From Vicinamibacteria bacterium (GTDB lineage: Bacteria > Acidobacteriota > Vicinamibacteria > Vicinamibacterales > JAENWD01), in NCBI GenBank assembly GCA_963739995.1, contig CAVUCH010000001.1:688-64687 (forward strand): a DNA stretch of 64,000 nt. Direction: 5' to 3'. The first letter of the stretch is position 1. Each line of letters begins with the position of its first letter. Below are positions 9,331-19,384 of the stretch, in pieces. Both the position numbers and the translations under genes were made by a program. The notes under the pieces are model-generated. The model was not told the DNA's origin. It ran no database searches and saw nothing but the letters and a program-made list of their open reading frames with translations.

Positions 9331-9762
9331 TTACGCTACCTCGATCTTCGTCGGCTTCTGCGCCGCATGCGGGTGCGCCGGCCCGGCGTACACCTTCAAC
9401 TTGCCGTACATCGCATCGCCAATCTTCGTCTTCGGGAGCATGCCGCGCACGGCCTCTTCGACGAGGCGGCCCGGCTTCAGTTGCCGCACGGTCTTGGCGC
9501 GCTCTTCACGCAGGCCGCCCTCGTAGCCGCTGTGGCGGCGATACAGCTTCTGCTCTTCCTTCGCGCCGGTGAGCTTCACGCGCTCGGCGTTCACGATGAC
9601 CACATGATCACCGGTGTCGATGAAGGGCGTGTAGGTGGGTTTGTGCTTCCCTTGCAGCAGCCGCGCCGCGAGCGTGGCGATTCGCCCGAGTACCTGCTCT
9701 TCCGCATCGATTACATGCCAGCGCGAATCAACGCTCTTGGCGCTGGCGACGAACGTTCGCAT
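9331..9762 (-). CDS. rplM: 50S ribosomal protein L13
   Basis: [46 protein letters not shown].. GGAAGGA lies upstream of the ATG at 9762. Confidence 0.95.
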   Translation of the reverse strand: MRTFVASAKSVDSRWHVIDAEEQVLGRIATLAARLLQGKHKPTYTPFIDTGDHVVIVNAERVKLTGAKEEQKLYRRHSGYEGGLREERAKTVRQLKPGRLVEEAVRGMLPKTKIGDAMYGKLKVYAGPAHPHAAQKPTKIEVA

Positions 9763-9808
9763 GACTGGAGATTCCTTCCGAGGCTTATCCGCGCGACGGC
9801 AAACCCAA

Positions 9809-9837
9809 ATGATACGCAGGCTTCGCGGGACTGTCAA
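9809..9837 (-). promoter_or_regulatory. Sigma-70-type promoter of the rplM-rpsI(-rpsB...) operon
   Basis: The minus strand reads TTGACA-17 nt-TATCAT, about 45 nt upstream of the rplM ATG. Confidence 0.5.
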
Positions 9838-10021
9838 GCAGTCGAGGTCCTCTCGACCACGCCTCCGTGAGGGCTCCGGAAGCGTCGCCGCGTCGCGTGC
9901 GGCGGTGGCCACGCGCCACTACTCCGGCGTCGCCACTGCTCGTCGATGCTGAGACCCGGGCGTGCATCACAAGGCTGCCCGCCAAGCGACGGCATCGCAG
10001 TTGCCTTACGCCAGAGCTGAT

Positions 10022-11110
10022 ATGCGACGCCTCGTACGCAGGATCGTCGAAAAAACCCGGTTCCGGGCGGGACGACCGCTGGTCGGTCTCGACATCGGCA
10101 CGAGCAGCATCAAAGGCGTGCAGTTGACGCCCGCCGCGCAGGGCTACAGGGTAGCAGCTTTTGCGACCGAGGCACTGCCCCCGGGGGCGCTTGCCGAGGG
10201 CGCGCCGATGGACGCGCCGGTTGTTGCCGCCGCCATTCGCCGGTTACTGGAACGCACTGGTTTCCGCTCGGCGCAGGTGGCTGCCGCTTTGCCGGGGAAG
10301 TCGGCAATCGTGAAACGCATCACGCTCCCCGCCATGTCGAACGGCGAGCTCGAGGCCGCGATTGGTTGGGAGGCCGAGCAGCACATCCCGTTCCCGCTGT
10401 CCGACGTGCAGCTGCACTACGAACGGCTGGGAACCGCGAGGGATGGTGCCCAAACCATGGACATCCTGCTCGTCGCCGCACGGCGTGAAAGTGTCGCGGC
10501 GCTCGCGGCCGTGATCGCCGACGCGGGACACACCGCGACGGTAGTCGACGTCGGCGCTCTCGCACTGCAGAACGCGTACACGGCTAACCGGCTCGGTGGC
10601 CGGGGCTCCACGGTGGCGCTGCTCGACGTCGGCGCCAGCGCGACAACGGTGACGATCGTAGTGGATCGTGAGCCGGCCTTCGTCCGCCATGTCACGCTAG
10701 GCGGCCAGGCGTACACCGAAGCCCTCCAGGCGGCCTTCGACTTGTCGTTCGAGGCCGCCGAGGAGGCCAAGACGAGCGCGCCGCACGGAGGGCCGCAGCC
10801 CGCCGAGATGGAACCGGTGCTGCACGCCACGACCGGCGCGCTCGTGGGAGAGATCCGGAGCACGCTCGACTTCTTCCGCTCCGCAACGGCCGCGGAACGC
10901 ATCGACCGTCTGTTCGTGTGCGGCGGTGGTTCGCTGATTCCCGGACTCCTCGACGCGCTGAGGCAGCGCCTCGACATCGCCACGGTGCCATTGGACCCGT
11001 TCCGACTGCTCGGCGGCGCCCCGAAAGGCGTCCCGGCCGGCGGCTGCATCGCTCCTCGGATCGCCGCGGTGGCTGTGGGCCTCGCGTTGCGCCAGGAGGA
11101 CGGCCGGTGA
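10022..11110 (+). CDS. pilM: Type IV pilus assembly protein PilM
   Basis: ..LVGLDIGTSSIKGVQL.., an actin-like ATPase fold family, first gene of the pilMNOPQ order. Start set at ATG 10022 (the ORF track begins at GTG 9962). Confidence 0.9.
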   Translation: MRRLVRRIVEKTRFRAGRPLVGLDIGTSSIKGVQLTPAAQGYRVAAFATEALPPGALAEGAPMDAPVVAAAIRRLLERTGFRSAQVAAALPGKSAIVKRITLPAMSNGELEAAIGWEAEQHIPFPLSDVQLHYERLGTARDGAQTMDILLVAARRESVAALAAVIADAGHTATVVDVGALALQNAYTANRLGGRGSTVALLDVGASATTVTIVVDREPAFVRHVTLGGQAYTEALQAAFDLSFEAAEEAKTSAPHGGPQPAEMEPVLHATTGALVGEIRSTLDFFRSATAAERIDRLFVCGGGSLIPGLLDALRQRLDIATVPLDPFRLLGGAPKGVPAGGCIAPRIAAVAVGLALRQEDGR

Positions 11111-11751
11111 CGCGAGTCAACCTGCTCCGGACCGGGCCCGTTCACCGGCGGAAGACAGAGTCGTCGCCCGATCGACGGCGCGGTGCGCTGGCCTGCAGCG
11201 TAGCCTTTGCGCTGACGTCGTGCGGCGTCGGCTGGTCGAGCCTGGCGCTGCACCGTCAGGCCGCGCGTGTCGATGGCGAGCTCGTCCGCGTGCGATACGA
11301 GCTGGCGCGACTGCGCCCGGCCGCCGCCGAGGCGGGCTCGCTGGAGCGTGCGTCTCGAGACATCCAGGAGCGCATCGACGTGCTCGTCCGACTCCGCGCG
11401 TCTCAGCGTGCGCCCGGGCGTGTCCTCGACGCGATCGCGCGCGCGGTCCCTGGCGATTGCTGGCTCACCGCCCTGATCGACGACGGCCCCGGCGGGGTGC
11501 GTGTCGACGGGCGAGCGCCGGCGTTGTCATCGCTGTTTCGGTTGGTCGAACGCCTCGAGGGCTCGAGCGCGTTTCGGCGTGTCGAAGTGCTCGACAGTCG
11601 TGCCACCGATGACGGCTCCGGAACGGATCTGGTGGGGTTCTCGTTGCAGGCGTCCTTTCACCCGCCGGACGCGGGCGCCAGGGAGCTTGGTGTTCGTTCG
11701 CCGCCGAATGCTGGCGCGAAGGCCGAAACGCCGACCGAACGGAGCAGATGA
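11107..11751 (+). CDS. pilN: Type IV pilus assembly protein PilN
   Basis: The GTG start overlaps the pilM stop (GTGA). It has the N-terminal VNLL motif, then a TM segment and coiled coil, and sits in the expected position in pilMNOPQ. Confidence 0.75.
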   Translation: MTRVNLLRTGPVHRRKTESSPDRRRGALACSVAFALTSCGVGWSSLALHRQAARVDGELVRVRYELARLRPAAAEAGSLERASRDIQERIDVLVRLRASQRAPGRVLDAIARAVPGDCWLTALIDDGPGGVRVDGRAPALSSLFRLVERLEGSSAFRRVEVLDSRATDDGSGTDLVGFSLQASFHPPDAGARELGVRSPPNAGAKAETPTERSR

Positions 11752-11754
11752 CGC

Positions 11755-12393
11755 ATGCAGTTCACCCTCGCACGGTTGCCCTGGGCAGCGCAGGCAGGCG
11801 CCGGGCTCGGCGCGTCCGCCGCCTGCGCCGTGTGCTTCCATCTGTTCTGGGCGACACCAGCGCGTGCGGACCTGGCGGCCGGGGAACGCGCGTTGGCGGG
11901 AGCCCGCCGTGACCTTGCGGTGGCTGTCAACGCCGCGAGAAGGCTCCCCGAGGGTCGGCGCGTCGTCGCCGCACTCGGTCTGCGCCTCGAAGCGATCCGG
12001 GGCGCCGCTCCACGCGAGGCTGATGCGGCGGCCGTGCTGCGCGACGTGCAGGTGCTCGCGGAGGAGTCTGGACTCTGGATTACCGGCTTCAAGCCCGCGC
12101 CGCCCGTAATCCGCGATTCGATGACCGAGTGGTCCGTCGCGCTGGAGTTCGATGGCACGTACGCGAGCGTCGTGACGTTTCTCCAGGGAGTAGCCGACGA
12201 TCCCCGCCTGATCACTGTGAGCACGCTGCGTCTTCGTGCACACGAGCACCCGGAAGTGGAGAGCACCGTTACCGGCGCGTGCCGGCTCACCACGTTCGTT
12301 CCACGGGACGCCGTCGCGGCGAGAGGAGCGACGACGGCCCAGGTCCGCCGGACATCAGCGCGGGAATCCGCCGCAGTTGCGGGGTTGCCATGA
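11755..12393 (+). CDS. pilO: Type IV pilus assembly protein PilO
   Basis: An N-terminal TM segment, a coiled coil, then a ferredoxin-like C-terminal part (..WSVALEFDGTYASVVTFLQGVADDPRLITVSTLRL..). Position supports the call. Confidence 0.75.
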   Translation: MQFTLARLPWAAQAGAGLGASAACAVCFHLFWATPARADLAAGERALAGARRDLAVAVNAARRLPEGRRVVAALGLRLEAIRGAAPREADAAAVLRDVQVLAEESGLWITGFKPAPPVIRDSMTEWSVALEFDGTYASVVTFLQGVADDPRLITVSTLRLRAHEHPEVESTVTGACRLTTFVPRDAVAARGATTAQVRRTSARESAAVAGLP

Positions 12394-12866
12394 GAACCCT
12401 GCTTCGGGCGTGTGTTGCGGCGCTCGCGACCGGCGGCGCCCTCGTCGCGCCGGCGTTCGCGCAGCAGGTATCGCGATCGCCCGCATCCGGTCTCCGCGGC
12501 GACGCACGAGACCCCGGCACCGCCTTGGGTCGCGATCCCTTCGTTCGTCCGACCGCGCAAAACGAGGCTGGGCCGGGGCAGCCAGAGCCCGCGCCCGTGC
12601 CGCTGGAAAGAGGATTGCCCGGCCTGAGGAAAGACGAGATCTCCGTGCGCGGCGTGCTCAGGGCAGATGGCCGACACGTGGCTCTCGTGCAGGGTCCAGA
12701 CAAGAGGCACTACGTGATCCGGCCAGGCGATCGCCTGCGCGATGGCGTCGTCCAGGAGGTTATCCCGGGCGGGTTGGTCATGGTCTCAGATCGATCGGCG
12801 CCGGTCGGCGATCGTGCGAGCAAGCCGGTTCGCAAGACGCCGCGCCCGCATGGGGAGGGCCAGTAG
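12390..12866 (+). CDS. pilP: Type IV pilus assembly protein PilP-like
   Basis: The ATG overlaps the pilO stop (ATGA). It has a signal peptide MRTLLRACVAALATGGALVAPAFAQ, a DPF motif, and a C-terminal beta domain (ISVRGVL..ALVQGPDKRHYVIRPGDRLRDGVVQEVIPGGLVM). Confidence 0.7.
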   Translation: MRTLLRACVAALATGGALVAPAFAQQVSRSPASGLRGDARDPGTALGRDPFVRPTAQNEAGPGQPEPAPVPLERGLPGLRKDEISVRGVLRADGRHVALVQGPDKRHYVIRPGDRLRDGVVQEVIPGGLVMVSDRSAPVGDRASKPVRKTPRPHGEGQ

Positions 12867-12986
12867 TGCCAGGCGGCTTTCAAATGTGTTTTAGCGATCG
12901 CCCTGGCCGCGACGTGCGGGGCGCGTCATCCACAGGCTGCGTTCAACGGCAGAACGCGCGCAGCCGGCGACCGCGCCGCCGCGCCG

Positions 12987-14306
12987 GTGTCGACGGACGC
13001 AGCCGTGCCTGCAGCTTCAGGGTGGCAGTCCTCCGCCAGCGCCCAGACGGACCGCATCTTTGCGGGCAAGCCGGTCAGCCTGGAGTTCGAAGGAGCCGAC
13101 CTCCGCGCCGTGCTGCGCGTCTTCGCCGAGATCAGCGGGTTGAACATCGTCATCGATCCGGCGGCCCGCGGCACGGTGGACGTTTCGATGCGAGACGTGC
13201 CGTGGGACCAGGCACTCGACGTCATCCTGCGCGCCAACAAGCTGGGCTACGTGCTGGACGGGACAATCGTGCGCGTGGCTCCGATCGCCGCGCTCGCCGA
13301 CGAAGAGAAGGGACGCCGGAAGCTTGCGGAGGAACAGGCGCTCGCGGGCGAGCTGCGTATCTCGACGCGCGCGCTCAATTACGCCAGGGCGGACGACATG
13401 GCGCGCCTGCTGACGAAGAGCGCGCTGACGTCCCGGGGAACCCTGCAGGTCGACGCGCGTACCAATACTCTCGTGCTCTCGGACCTGCAGCCCGCCCTCG
13501 ACCGGGCGCTTGCGATCGTCGCGGCGCTCGACGCCCCCCAGCCACAGGTCGAGATCGAGGCGCGCATCGTGCAGACGTCGCGCGACTTCGCGCGAGCGAT
13601 CGGCGTCCAGTGGGGTCTCCGTGGCCGGGTGGCGTCGGACCTGGGGAACACCTCGCCTCTCGCGTTTCCGAACAGCGGCTCGATCACCGGGCGAACCGGG
13701 GCCACACAGGGACCTTCGGCAACGCCCACGGCCGTTGATCTCGGGATTGCGACCGCCACCAATGCCATCGGCCTGGCCCTCGGGGCAGTGAATGGCGCCT
13801 TCAGCCTCGATGTGGCGCTGACGGCGCTGGAGCGTGGCGGACACGGTCGCCTGCTCTCGACACCTCGCGTGGCCACGCAGAACAACGTCGAGGCCGAGAT
13901 CACGCAGGGTGTGCAGATCCCGATCCAGACCGTGGCGAACAACACGGTGACCGTGACGTTCAAGGATGCGGCGCTCTCGCTCAAGGTCACACCGCAGATC
14001 ACGAACGCGGGCACCGTCATCATGAAGATCATCGTCGAGAACGCGTCGCCAGATTTCAGCCGCGCGGTTGGCACCTCCCAGATTCCGCCGATCGACACGC
14101 AGCGCGCCATGACGCAGGTGCTCGTCAACGACGGTCAGACGACCGTCATCGGAGGCATCTACGTGAGCCGTGCGCAGTCGGTGTCCGAACACACCCCGGC
14201 CTTGCACCGGTTGCCTCTGCTCGGCTGGCTGTTCAGGCGGGACGCGGTGCAGGACGAGAGTCGTGAGCTGCTGATCTTCATCACGCCGCGGATCATGAGG
14301 CTGTGA
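12987..14306 (+). CDS. pilQ: Type IV pilus secretin PilQ
   Basis: It has a secretin N-domain and secretin core (..PQVEIEARIVQTS..TPRVATQNNVEAEITQGVQIPIQT..VIGGI..LPLLGWLFR..). The first canonical start is GTG 12987. A signal-peptide-like sequence lies in frame upstream (12867-12986) without a canonical start codon (see findings). Confidence 0.9.
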   Translation: MSTDAAVPAASGWQSSASAQTDRIFAGKPVSLEFEGADLRAVLRVFAEISGLNIVIDPAARGTVDVSMRDVPWDQALDVILRANKLGYVLDGTIVRVAPIAALADEEKGRRKLAEEQALAGELRISTRALNYARADDMARLLTKSALTSRGTLQVDARTNTLVLSDLQPALDRALAIVAALDAPQPQVEIEARIVQTSRDFARAIGVQWGLRGRVASDLGNTSPLAFPNSGSITGRTGATQGPSATPTAVDLGIATATNAIGLALGAVNGAFSLDVALTALERGGHGRLLSTPRVATQNNVEAEITQGVQIPIQTVANNTVTVTFKDAALSLKVTPQITNAGTVIMKIIVENASPDFSRAVGTSQIPPIDTQRAMTQVLVNDGQTTVIGGIYVSRAQSVSEHTPALHRLPLLGWLFRRDAVQDESRELLIFITPRIMRL

Positions 14307-14358
14307 TTTCGTCGAGGAGTGCTGGCGTCTATGGAGTTCGGATCCGACGGAGTTCGAC

Positions 14359-15048
14359 ATGCCCAACAGTAGAGAGCCTTCGTCGCCATCGCCGCGCCGG
14401 CGTCGGCAACCTGTGGGGCGAACCCTCGCCGCCTGCATGGTGATTGCGGTTGCGAGTGCCGGTGCCGGTGGCTGTGGTGAAGCGGTACGCTTCGGCCGCT
14501 CGCCCATGGTGCTCGTGGTCAATCGGCTGGAAGGGGCGTCGGGCGCGGACCCGGCAAAGCTGTCGAGCGTATTGCACTCCGATGTCGAAACGCTCGGCGA
14601 GCGCAACGAGGGCGATGAGCCGACATCGCTCCCCACGCTGTTCGCCGACGTTGGACAGGCGGAGCTTCGCCTGGCGTTCAAGGATGCGGGGCAGCCAGAA
14701 AGCCCTGCAACACCTACCGATAACAACCTCGTGACGATCACGCGGTATCGCGTCTCGTACCGACGCACTGACGGGCGCAACGTGCCAGGCGTGGATGTGC
14801 CGTACGCATTTGAAGGGGCGGCGACCGTCACACTGGACGGCACCGGACCGGCCGTCGTTGCGCTGGAACTGGTGCGTGCGCAGGCGAAACAGGAACCGCC
14901 GCTCCGTAATCTGCGGGGCCGCGGTGGGGCGGTGGCGATCTCCGCCATTGCCGACGTCGAGTTCTACGGGCGCGACATAGTCGGTCACCAGGTTGGCGCG
15001 GCCGGTGCCCTGTCGGTCGTCTTTGCAGATTGGGCGGATCCGACATGA
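14359..15048 (+). CDS. Hypothetical lipoprotein (beta-rich, Ig-like)
   Basis: Signal peptide with a lipobox-like VASAGAGGC. There is no recognisable family. It lies immediately downstream of pilQ. Confidence 0.65.
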   Translation: MPNSREPSSPSPRRRRQPVGRTLAACMVIAVASAGAGGCGEAVRFGRSPMVLVVNRLEGASGADPAKLSSVLHSDVETLGERNEGDEPTSLPTLFADVGQAELRLAFKDAGQPESPATPTDNNLVTITRYRVSYRRTDGRNVPGVDVPYAFEGAATVTLDGTGPAVVALELVRAQAKQEPPLRNLRGRGGAVAISAIADVEFYGRDIVGHQVGAAGALSVVFADWADPT

Positions 15049-15524
15049 CCCTCGATGCTCGTGCGCGAGCTGTTCTCACTGCCATGGCCATCGGGTGCTC
15101 CGACGGTTGCACGCTGATGAGCACCGAGGCGCCAACGGTCAGCGGTCCGTCGGAGCTCGGACTGTCACTCACGCTGCAGGCCTCGCCGGACGTGCTCACG
15201 CGTGACGGTACGTCCAGTGCCTTCGTTGCGGTGCTCGCGCGCGACGCCTACGGCGGACCGATCGCGATCCTGAGTCTGCGGGCCGACATCATGGTCGACG
15301 GGATGTTGCAGGACCTCGGTCGCCTGTCGGCGCGCAACCTCACCACTGACCGTGAGGGACGCACCTCGCTGGTCTACACCTCGCCCGAGCCTGTGATCGG
15401 TGACACCCGGCAGACGTTCGTCACCATCGTCTTCACGGCGTCAACGGGCGATGCGCGTGCACAGGTGCCGCGCACCGTCGACATCCGGCTGGTCCCGCCC
15501 GACGTGAATGGATTGGATCGCTGA
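15045..15524 (+). CDS. Hypothetical lipoprotein with bacterial Ig-like (Big-type) domain
   Basis: The ATG overlaps the upstream stop (ATGA). It has lipobox LTAMAIGC and a Big_1-like pattern: LTLQASPDVLTRDGTSSAFVAVLARDAYGGPI..TTDREGRTSLVYTSPE. Confidence 0.65.
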   Translation: MTLDARARAVLTAMAIGCSDGCTLMSTEAPTVSGPSELGLSLTLQASPDVLTRDGTSSAFVAVLARDAYGGPIAILSLRADIMVDGMLQDLGRLSARNLTTDREGRTSLVYTSPEPVIGDTRQTFVTIVFTASTGDARAQVPRTVDIRLVPPDVNGLDR

Positions 15525-15581
15525 TGTAGAGGGTCTGTCGCTCAGGTCTCGAGGCTGAAGCGGTCAAAGTAGACTGTCGGG

Positions 15582-16745
15582 GTGAGCCTCGCCTCATCCG
15601 CAGCGCTCGTCGCAAGGCAGGAACAGGTCCGAGGTGTGCTCGCCGGCATGGGCGTCGAGGCGCTCGTGATCTCTCACCTGCCGAACATCGCGTACCTCAC
15701 GAACTTCGCTGGCACGTCGGCCGTGCTGCTCTTCACCCGGGAGGCGGTCCACTTCATTACCGACTTTCGCTATCTCTCTGCGCTTTCCCCTCTGCAGACT
15801 GGTCCTGGCGCGTGTCCGGGTCTGGAGGTGTGCGCGGTCGGCGAGAGCTATGAGGAGACGCTCGTGGAAATCCTGGGCAGGCTCCGCCTGCCTCGCGTGG
15901 GCTTCGAGGCTGCGCACCTCACCGTGAGCCGCTTGCGATGGTTCGAGGCCACGCTGCGCGGCGGGCCAGCGGTTGAGCTTGTCCCCACCGAGGGTGTGGT
16001 GGAGAGCGCACGTATCACGAAGGATGCTGGCGAGCAGGCCACGCTGCGCGAGGCGGCGCGGCGCGTGTCGGCCGTGCTTCAGGGGGTCATGGCCGACATC
16101 CGGGCGGGTCTGACCGAAGTCGACGTCGCACTGGCGCTCGAAACGGGGATGCGACGGACGGGCTTCAGCCGTCCTGCATTTGATACGATTGTCGCCTCCG
16201 GCCCGAACTCGGCCTTGCCGCACGCCCGGGCAGGGGACCGCCGGCTCGCCGAAGGCGACCTGGTGGTGCTGGACTTTGGCGGGGTCTACAACGGATACTG
16301 CGTGGATCTGACGCGGACCGTGAGCGTCGGAACACCGTCACCCGAGACAGCGCGGTTGTACGACGCCGTCCGGCGCGCCCAGGCGGGTGCCGTTGCGGCA
16401 GTCGGCCCGGGTGTGGCCACCGCCGCCGTTGACGCGGCGGCTCGGAATTCGCTCACGTCGGACGGGTACGGGGAAACGTTCGGGCACGGTACCGGACACG
16501 GGCTCGGGATTGAGGTGCACGAGGCGCCCAGGGTGGCCCGCGCACGCCCCGCCAGCCTGGGCCGGGTGTATCCTCCGGGGCACGTGCCGGACGCGGCGAC
16601 GCTCCAGCCGGGCATGGTGATCACCATCGAACCGGGGGCGTATTTGCCCGGGTTCGGTGGCGTGCGGATCGAAGACGATGTGTTGGTGACAGCGGAGGGG
16701 TGTGAAGTACTGACGACCGTCGGCCGTGATCTGCTGGTGTGTTGA
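15582..16745 (+). CDS. M24 family Xaa-Pro aminopeptidase/dipeptidase
   Basis: It has a creatinase-like N-domain plus the M24 metal ligands (..DFGGVYNGYCVDLTRT..HGTGHGLGIEVHEAP..VITIEPG..GGVRIEDDVLV). Confidence 0.9.
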   Translation: MSLASSAALVARQEQVRGVLAGMGVEALVISHLPNIAYLTNFAGTSAVLLFTREAVHFITDFRYLSALSPLQTGPGACPGLEVCAVGESYEETLVEILGRLRLPRVGFEAAHLTVSRLRWFEATLRGGPAVELVPTEGVVESARITKDAGEQATLREAARRVSAVLQGVMADIRAGLTEVDVALALETGMRRTGFSRPAFDTIVASGPNSALPHARAGDRRLAEGDLVVLDFGGVYNGYCVDLTRTVSVGTPSPETARLYDAVRRAQAGAVAAVGPGVATAAVDAAARNSLTSDGYGETFGHGTGHGLGIEVHEAPRVARARPASLGRVYPPGHVPDAATLQPGMVITIEPGAYLPGFGGVRIEDDVLVTAEGCEVLTTVGRDLLVC

Positions 16746-16782
16746 CGCCGGCGGCACGCTTCCTGGCGAGCGTCCTGACCCG

Positions 16783-17298
16783 ATGACCTTTGAAGAGATC
16801 AAGCAACTGCTGGAGATCGTCCGCGAACACGAACTGTCGGAGTTCGAGCTGGAGCGTGACGACTTCAAGATTCGCATCCGCCGGCAATCCGGCGCGCAGG
16901 TCGTCACCCTCGCCGCCCCGGTCGCGCCAGCGGCTCCCGGGGCACTGCCGGTGGTCACCACGGTGGTTGCAGCCCCGCCGGCAGCGCAGAACCCCGCCAC
17001 CTCCGGCGCTGCCGTCTCCGGCGACGCGCCATCCGCTGAGGACGACAGCGAGATCGAGCTGGCCGTCGTCAAATCGCCGATCGTCGGCACCTTCTTCCGC
17101 TCGCCCGACCCCGAAGCCCCCGCCTTCGTGGAAGTGGGCGACACGATTCGCAAGAATCAGGTGCTCTGTATCATCGAAGCGATGAAGCTGATGAACGAGA
17201 TCACGTCCGAGTACGAGGGCGAGATAGTCAAGTGCTACGTCGAGAACGGCCAGCCCGTGCAGTACGGCGAGCGGCTGTTCGCGATCCGGGCCCGATAA
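16783..17298 (+). CDS. accB: Acetyl-CoA carboxylase biotin carboxyl carrier protein
   Basis: [24 protein letters not shown].., an Ala/Pro linker, and the biotinyl-lysine motif [12 protein letters not shown]. Confidence 0.94.
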   Translation: MTFEEIKQLLEIVREHELSEFELERDDFKIRIRRQSGAQVVTLAAPVAPAAPGALPVVTTVVAAPPAAQNPATSGAAVSGDAPSAEDDSEIELAVVKSPIVGTFFRSPDPEAPAFVEVGDTIRKNQVLCIIEAMKLMNEITSEYEGEIVKCYVENGQPVQYGERLFAIRAR

Positions 17299-17299
17299 C

Positions 17300-18673
17300 A
17301 TGTTCAAGAAGGTTCTGGTTGCCAACCGCGGGGAGATTGCGCTGCGGGTGATCGTGGCGTGCCGAGAGCTCGGCATCAAGACGGTCGCGGTCTACTCGGA
17401 GGCGGACGAGCACTCGTTGCACGTGCGGTTTGCCGATGAAGACGTCTGCATCGGCCCTGCGCAGAGCGCGAAGAGCTACCTGAACGTGCCCGCAATCATC
17501 AGCGCCGCGGAGATCACCGGCGCCGATGCGATTCACCCGGGCTACGGTTTTCTGTCCGAGAGCGCCTACCTTGCGGAAGTGTGCGAAGCCTGCCACATCC
17601 GCTTCATCGGCCCTTCACCGCACGTGATTCGGCTGCTCGGCGACAAGGCGCGGGCACGCCGTGCGATGCGCAAGGCCGGCGTCCCGATTCTGCCCGGCAG
17701 CGATGGTCCCGTCGACTCGGAGGAGCAGGGGCTCAAGGTGGCGCGCGACATCGGGTACCCGGTGATTGTCAAGGCGACCGCCGGGGGCGGCGGCCGCGGC
17801 ATGCGCATCGTGCAGTCGGCCGACGAGCTCGGGACGGCCCTCAAGACGGCGCAGCGCGAAGCCGAGGCGGCCTTCGGCGTCGGCGACGTGTACATCGAGA
17901 AGTACGTCATCGCGCCGCGACACATCGAATTCCAGGTGCTCGGGGATCATCACGGCAGCGTCGTCCACCTGGGTGAGCGCGAGTGCTCCATCCAGCGCCG
18001 CCACCAGAAGCTGATCGAAGAGTCCCCCTCGGTGGCGCTCACCGACAAGATGCGGCGCAGGATGGGCGGCCTCGTGGTGGACGCCGCGCGCGCCGTGCAG
18101 TACACGAACGCCGGCACGTTCGAGTTCCTGATGGATTCCGGCGGGCGGTTCTACTTCATGGAGGTGAACACGCGCCTGCAGGTGGAGCACCCGGTGACCG
18201 AGATGGTCACCGGCGTCGACATCGTGAAAGAGCAGATCCGCATCGCGGCCGGCGAACGGATTTCGGTGAAGCAGAGCGAAATCACGTTCACGGGCCACGC
18301 GCTCGAGTGCCGCGTCAACGCCGAAGATTCGGAAACGTTCCGTCCGTCGCCCGGAGTGATTTACGCGTTCAGCGTGCCGGGTGGGCCCGGCGTGCGCATC
18401 GACACCTGCGCGCACACCGAGTGCATGATCTCGCCCTACTACGACTCGCTCGTTGCGAAGGTGATCGTCCATGGCCGCGATCGTCAAGAAGCGATCGCGC
18501 GCATGCGGCGGACGCTCGAGATGACCGTCATCGAGGGCATCAGCACCTCCATCCCCCTGCACCTGCGCGTGCTCGCCGATCCGGACTTCCAGGCCGGGCG
18601 CCTCAGCACCGCCTTCATGGACCGGTACGTGACCACCGGCCTCGCGGCAGACCAGCTGAAGGCCGCGGGGTGA
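17300..18673 (+). CDS. accC: Acetyl-CoA carboxylase biotin carboxylase
   Basis: [33 protein letters not shown].., a full-length ATP-grasp biotin carboxylase. Confidence 0.97.
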   Translation: MFKKVLVANRGEIALRVIVACRELGIKTVAVYSEADEHSLHVRFADEDVCIGPAQSAKSYLNVPAIISAAEITGADAIHPGYGFLSESAYLAEVCEACHIRFIGPSPHVIRLLGDKARARRAMRKAGVPILPGSDGPVDSEEQGLKVARDIGYPVIVKATAGGGGRGMRIVQSADELGTALKTAQREAEAAFGVGDVYIEKYVIAPRHIEFQVLGDHHGSVVHLGERECSIQRRHQKLIEESPSVALTDKMRRRMGGLVVDAARAVQYTNAGTFEFLMDSGGRFYFMEVNTRLQVEHPVTEMVTGVDIVKEQIRIAAGERISVKQSEITFTGHALECRVNAEDSETFRPSPGVIYAFSVPGGPGVRIDTCAHTECMISPYYDSLVAKVIVHGRDRQEAIARMRRTLEMTVIEGISTSIPLHLRVLADPDFQAGRLSTAFMDRYVTTGLAADQLKAAG

Positions 18674-19317
18674 ACCTCCCGGCGCTTACGGCGATTGTGG
18701 ATGCGGACGTGACCGCCGCGTGTGGCTGGACCGTGCCCGACGCGGCGCGCGCCTGCCTGGACGGCGGCGCACGCTTCCTTCAGGTGCGCGCCAAGCGCTT
18801 CCCCAGCCGCGCGTTCCTGGAATGGTGCGATGTCATAGTGGCCGCTGCGGTTCCGTACGGCGCCGCGGTAATCGTGAACGACAGGGCGGACATCGCGCGC
18901 ATGGCTGGCGCGTCCGGCGTGCACGTCGGGCAGGACGATCTGCCGGCGTCGGCCGCCCGTACCCTCCTGGGCGCATCGGCGATCGTTGGCCTGTCCACGC
19001 ACACGCGTGAGCAGGTCGCCGCCGCGCGGCCCGAGCCGCTGACCTACCTCGCCGTGGGACCGATCTTCGGGAGCCGCACGAAGGACACGGGCTATGAGGC
19101 CGTGGGACTCGATCTCGTGCAGTTCGCCGCGACCGTCGACGACGGAGCCGTGCCGGTCGTGGCGATCGGCGGCATCACGCTAGACCGGGCACCGCAGGTA
19201 CTGGCCGCAGGCGCGGCGAGCGTCGCGGTGATTGGAGATCTGTTCGCCACCGGGGATCCTGAAGCACGCACGCGCCAGTTCCTCGCACGGCTTGCGGACG
19301 TGGCCCCGCGTGTATGA
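18670..19317 (+). CDS. thiE: Thiamine-phosphate synthase
   Basis: The GTG start overlaps the accC stop (GTGA). Motifs: ..[52 protein letters not shown].. Confidence 0.88.
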   Translation: MNLPALTAIVDADVTAACGWTVPDAARACLDGGARFLQVRAKRFPSRAFLEWCDVIVAAAVPYGAAVIVNDRADIARMAGASGVHVGQDDLPASAARTLLGASAIVGLSTHTREQVAAARPEPLTYLAVGPIFGSRTKDTGYEAVGLDLVQFAATVDDGAVPVVAIGGITLDRAPQVLAAGAASVAVIGDLFATGDPEARTRQFLARLADVAPRV

Positions 19318-19384
19318 TTTCGGCTTCCAACGAGCCAGCCGGCGCGTCGCGTGCGGGGCGGGTCTCGTCGCCTCCGGAGGGTGA

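Noticed and set aside
13017-14948. A 643-aa minus-strand ORF antisense to pilQ. Similar giant ORFs occur at 49055-51307 (750 aa), 19490-21013 (507 aa), 52273-53811 (512 aa) and 12236-13738 (500 aa, plus strand, out of frame with pilP/pilQ).
   Set aside because: The translations are Arg/Gly/Pro/Asp-rich low-complexity strings with no motifs. Each one exactly shadows a well-supported gene on the other strand or in another frame. Long stop-free shadow frames are expected at this GC content.
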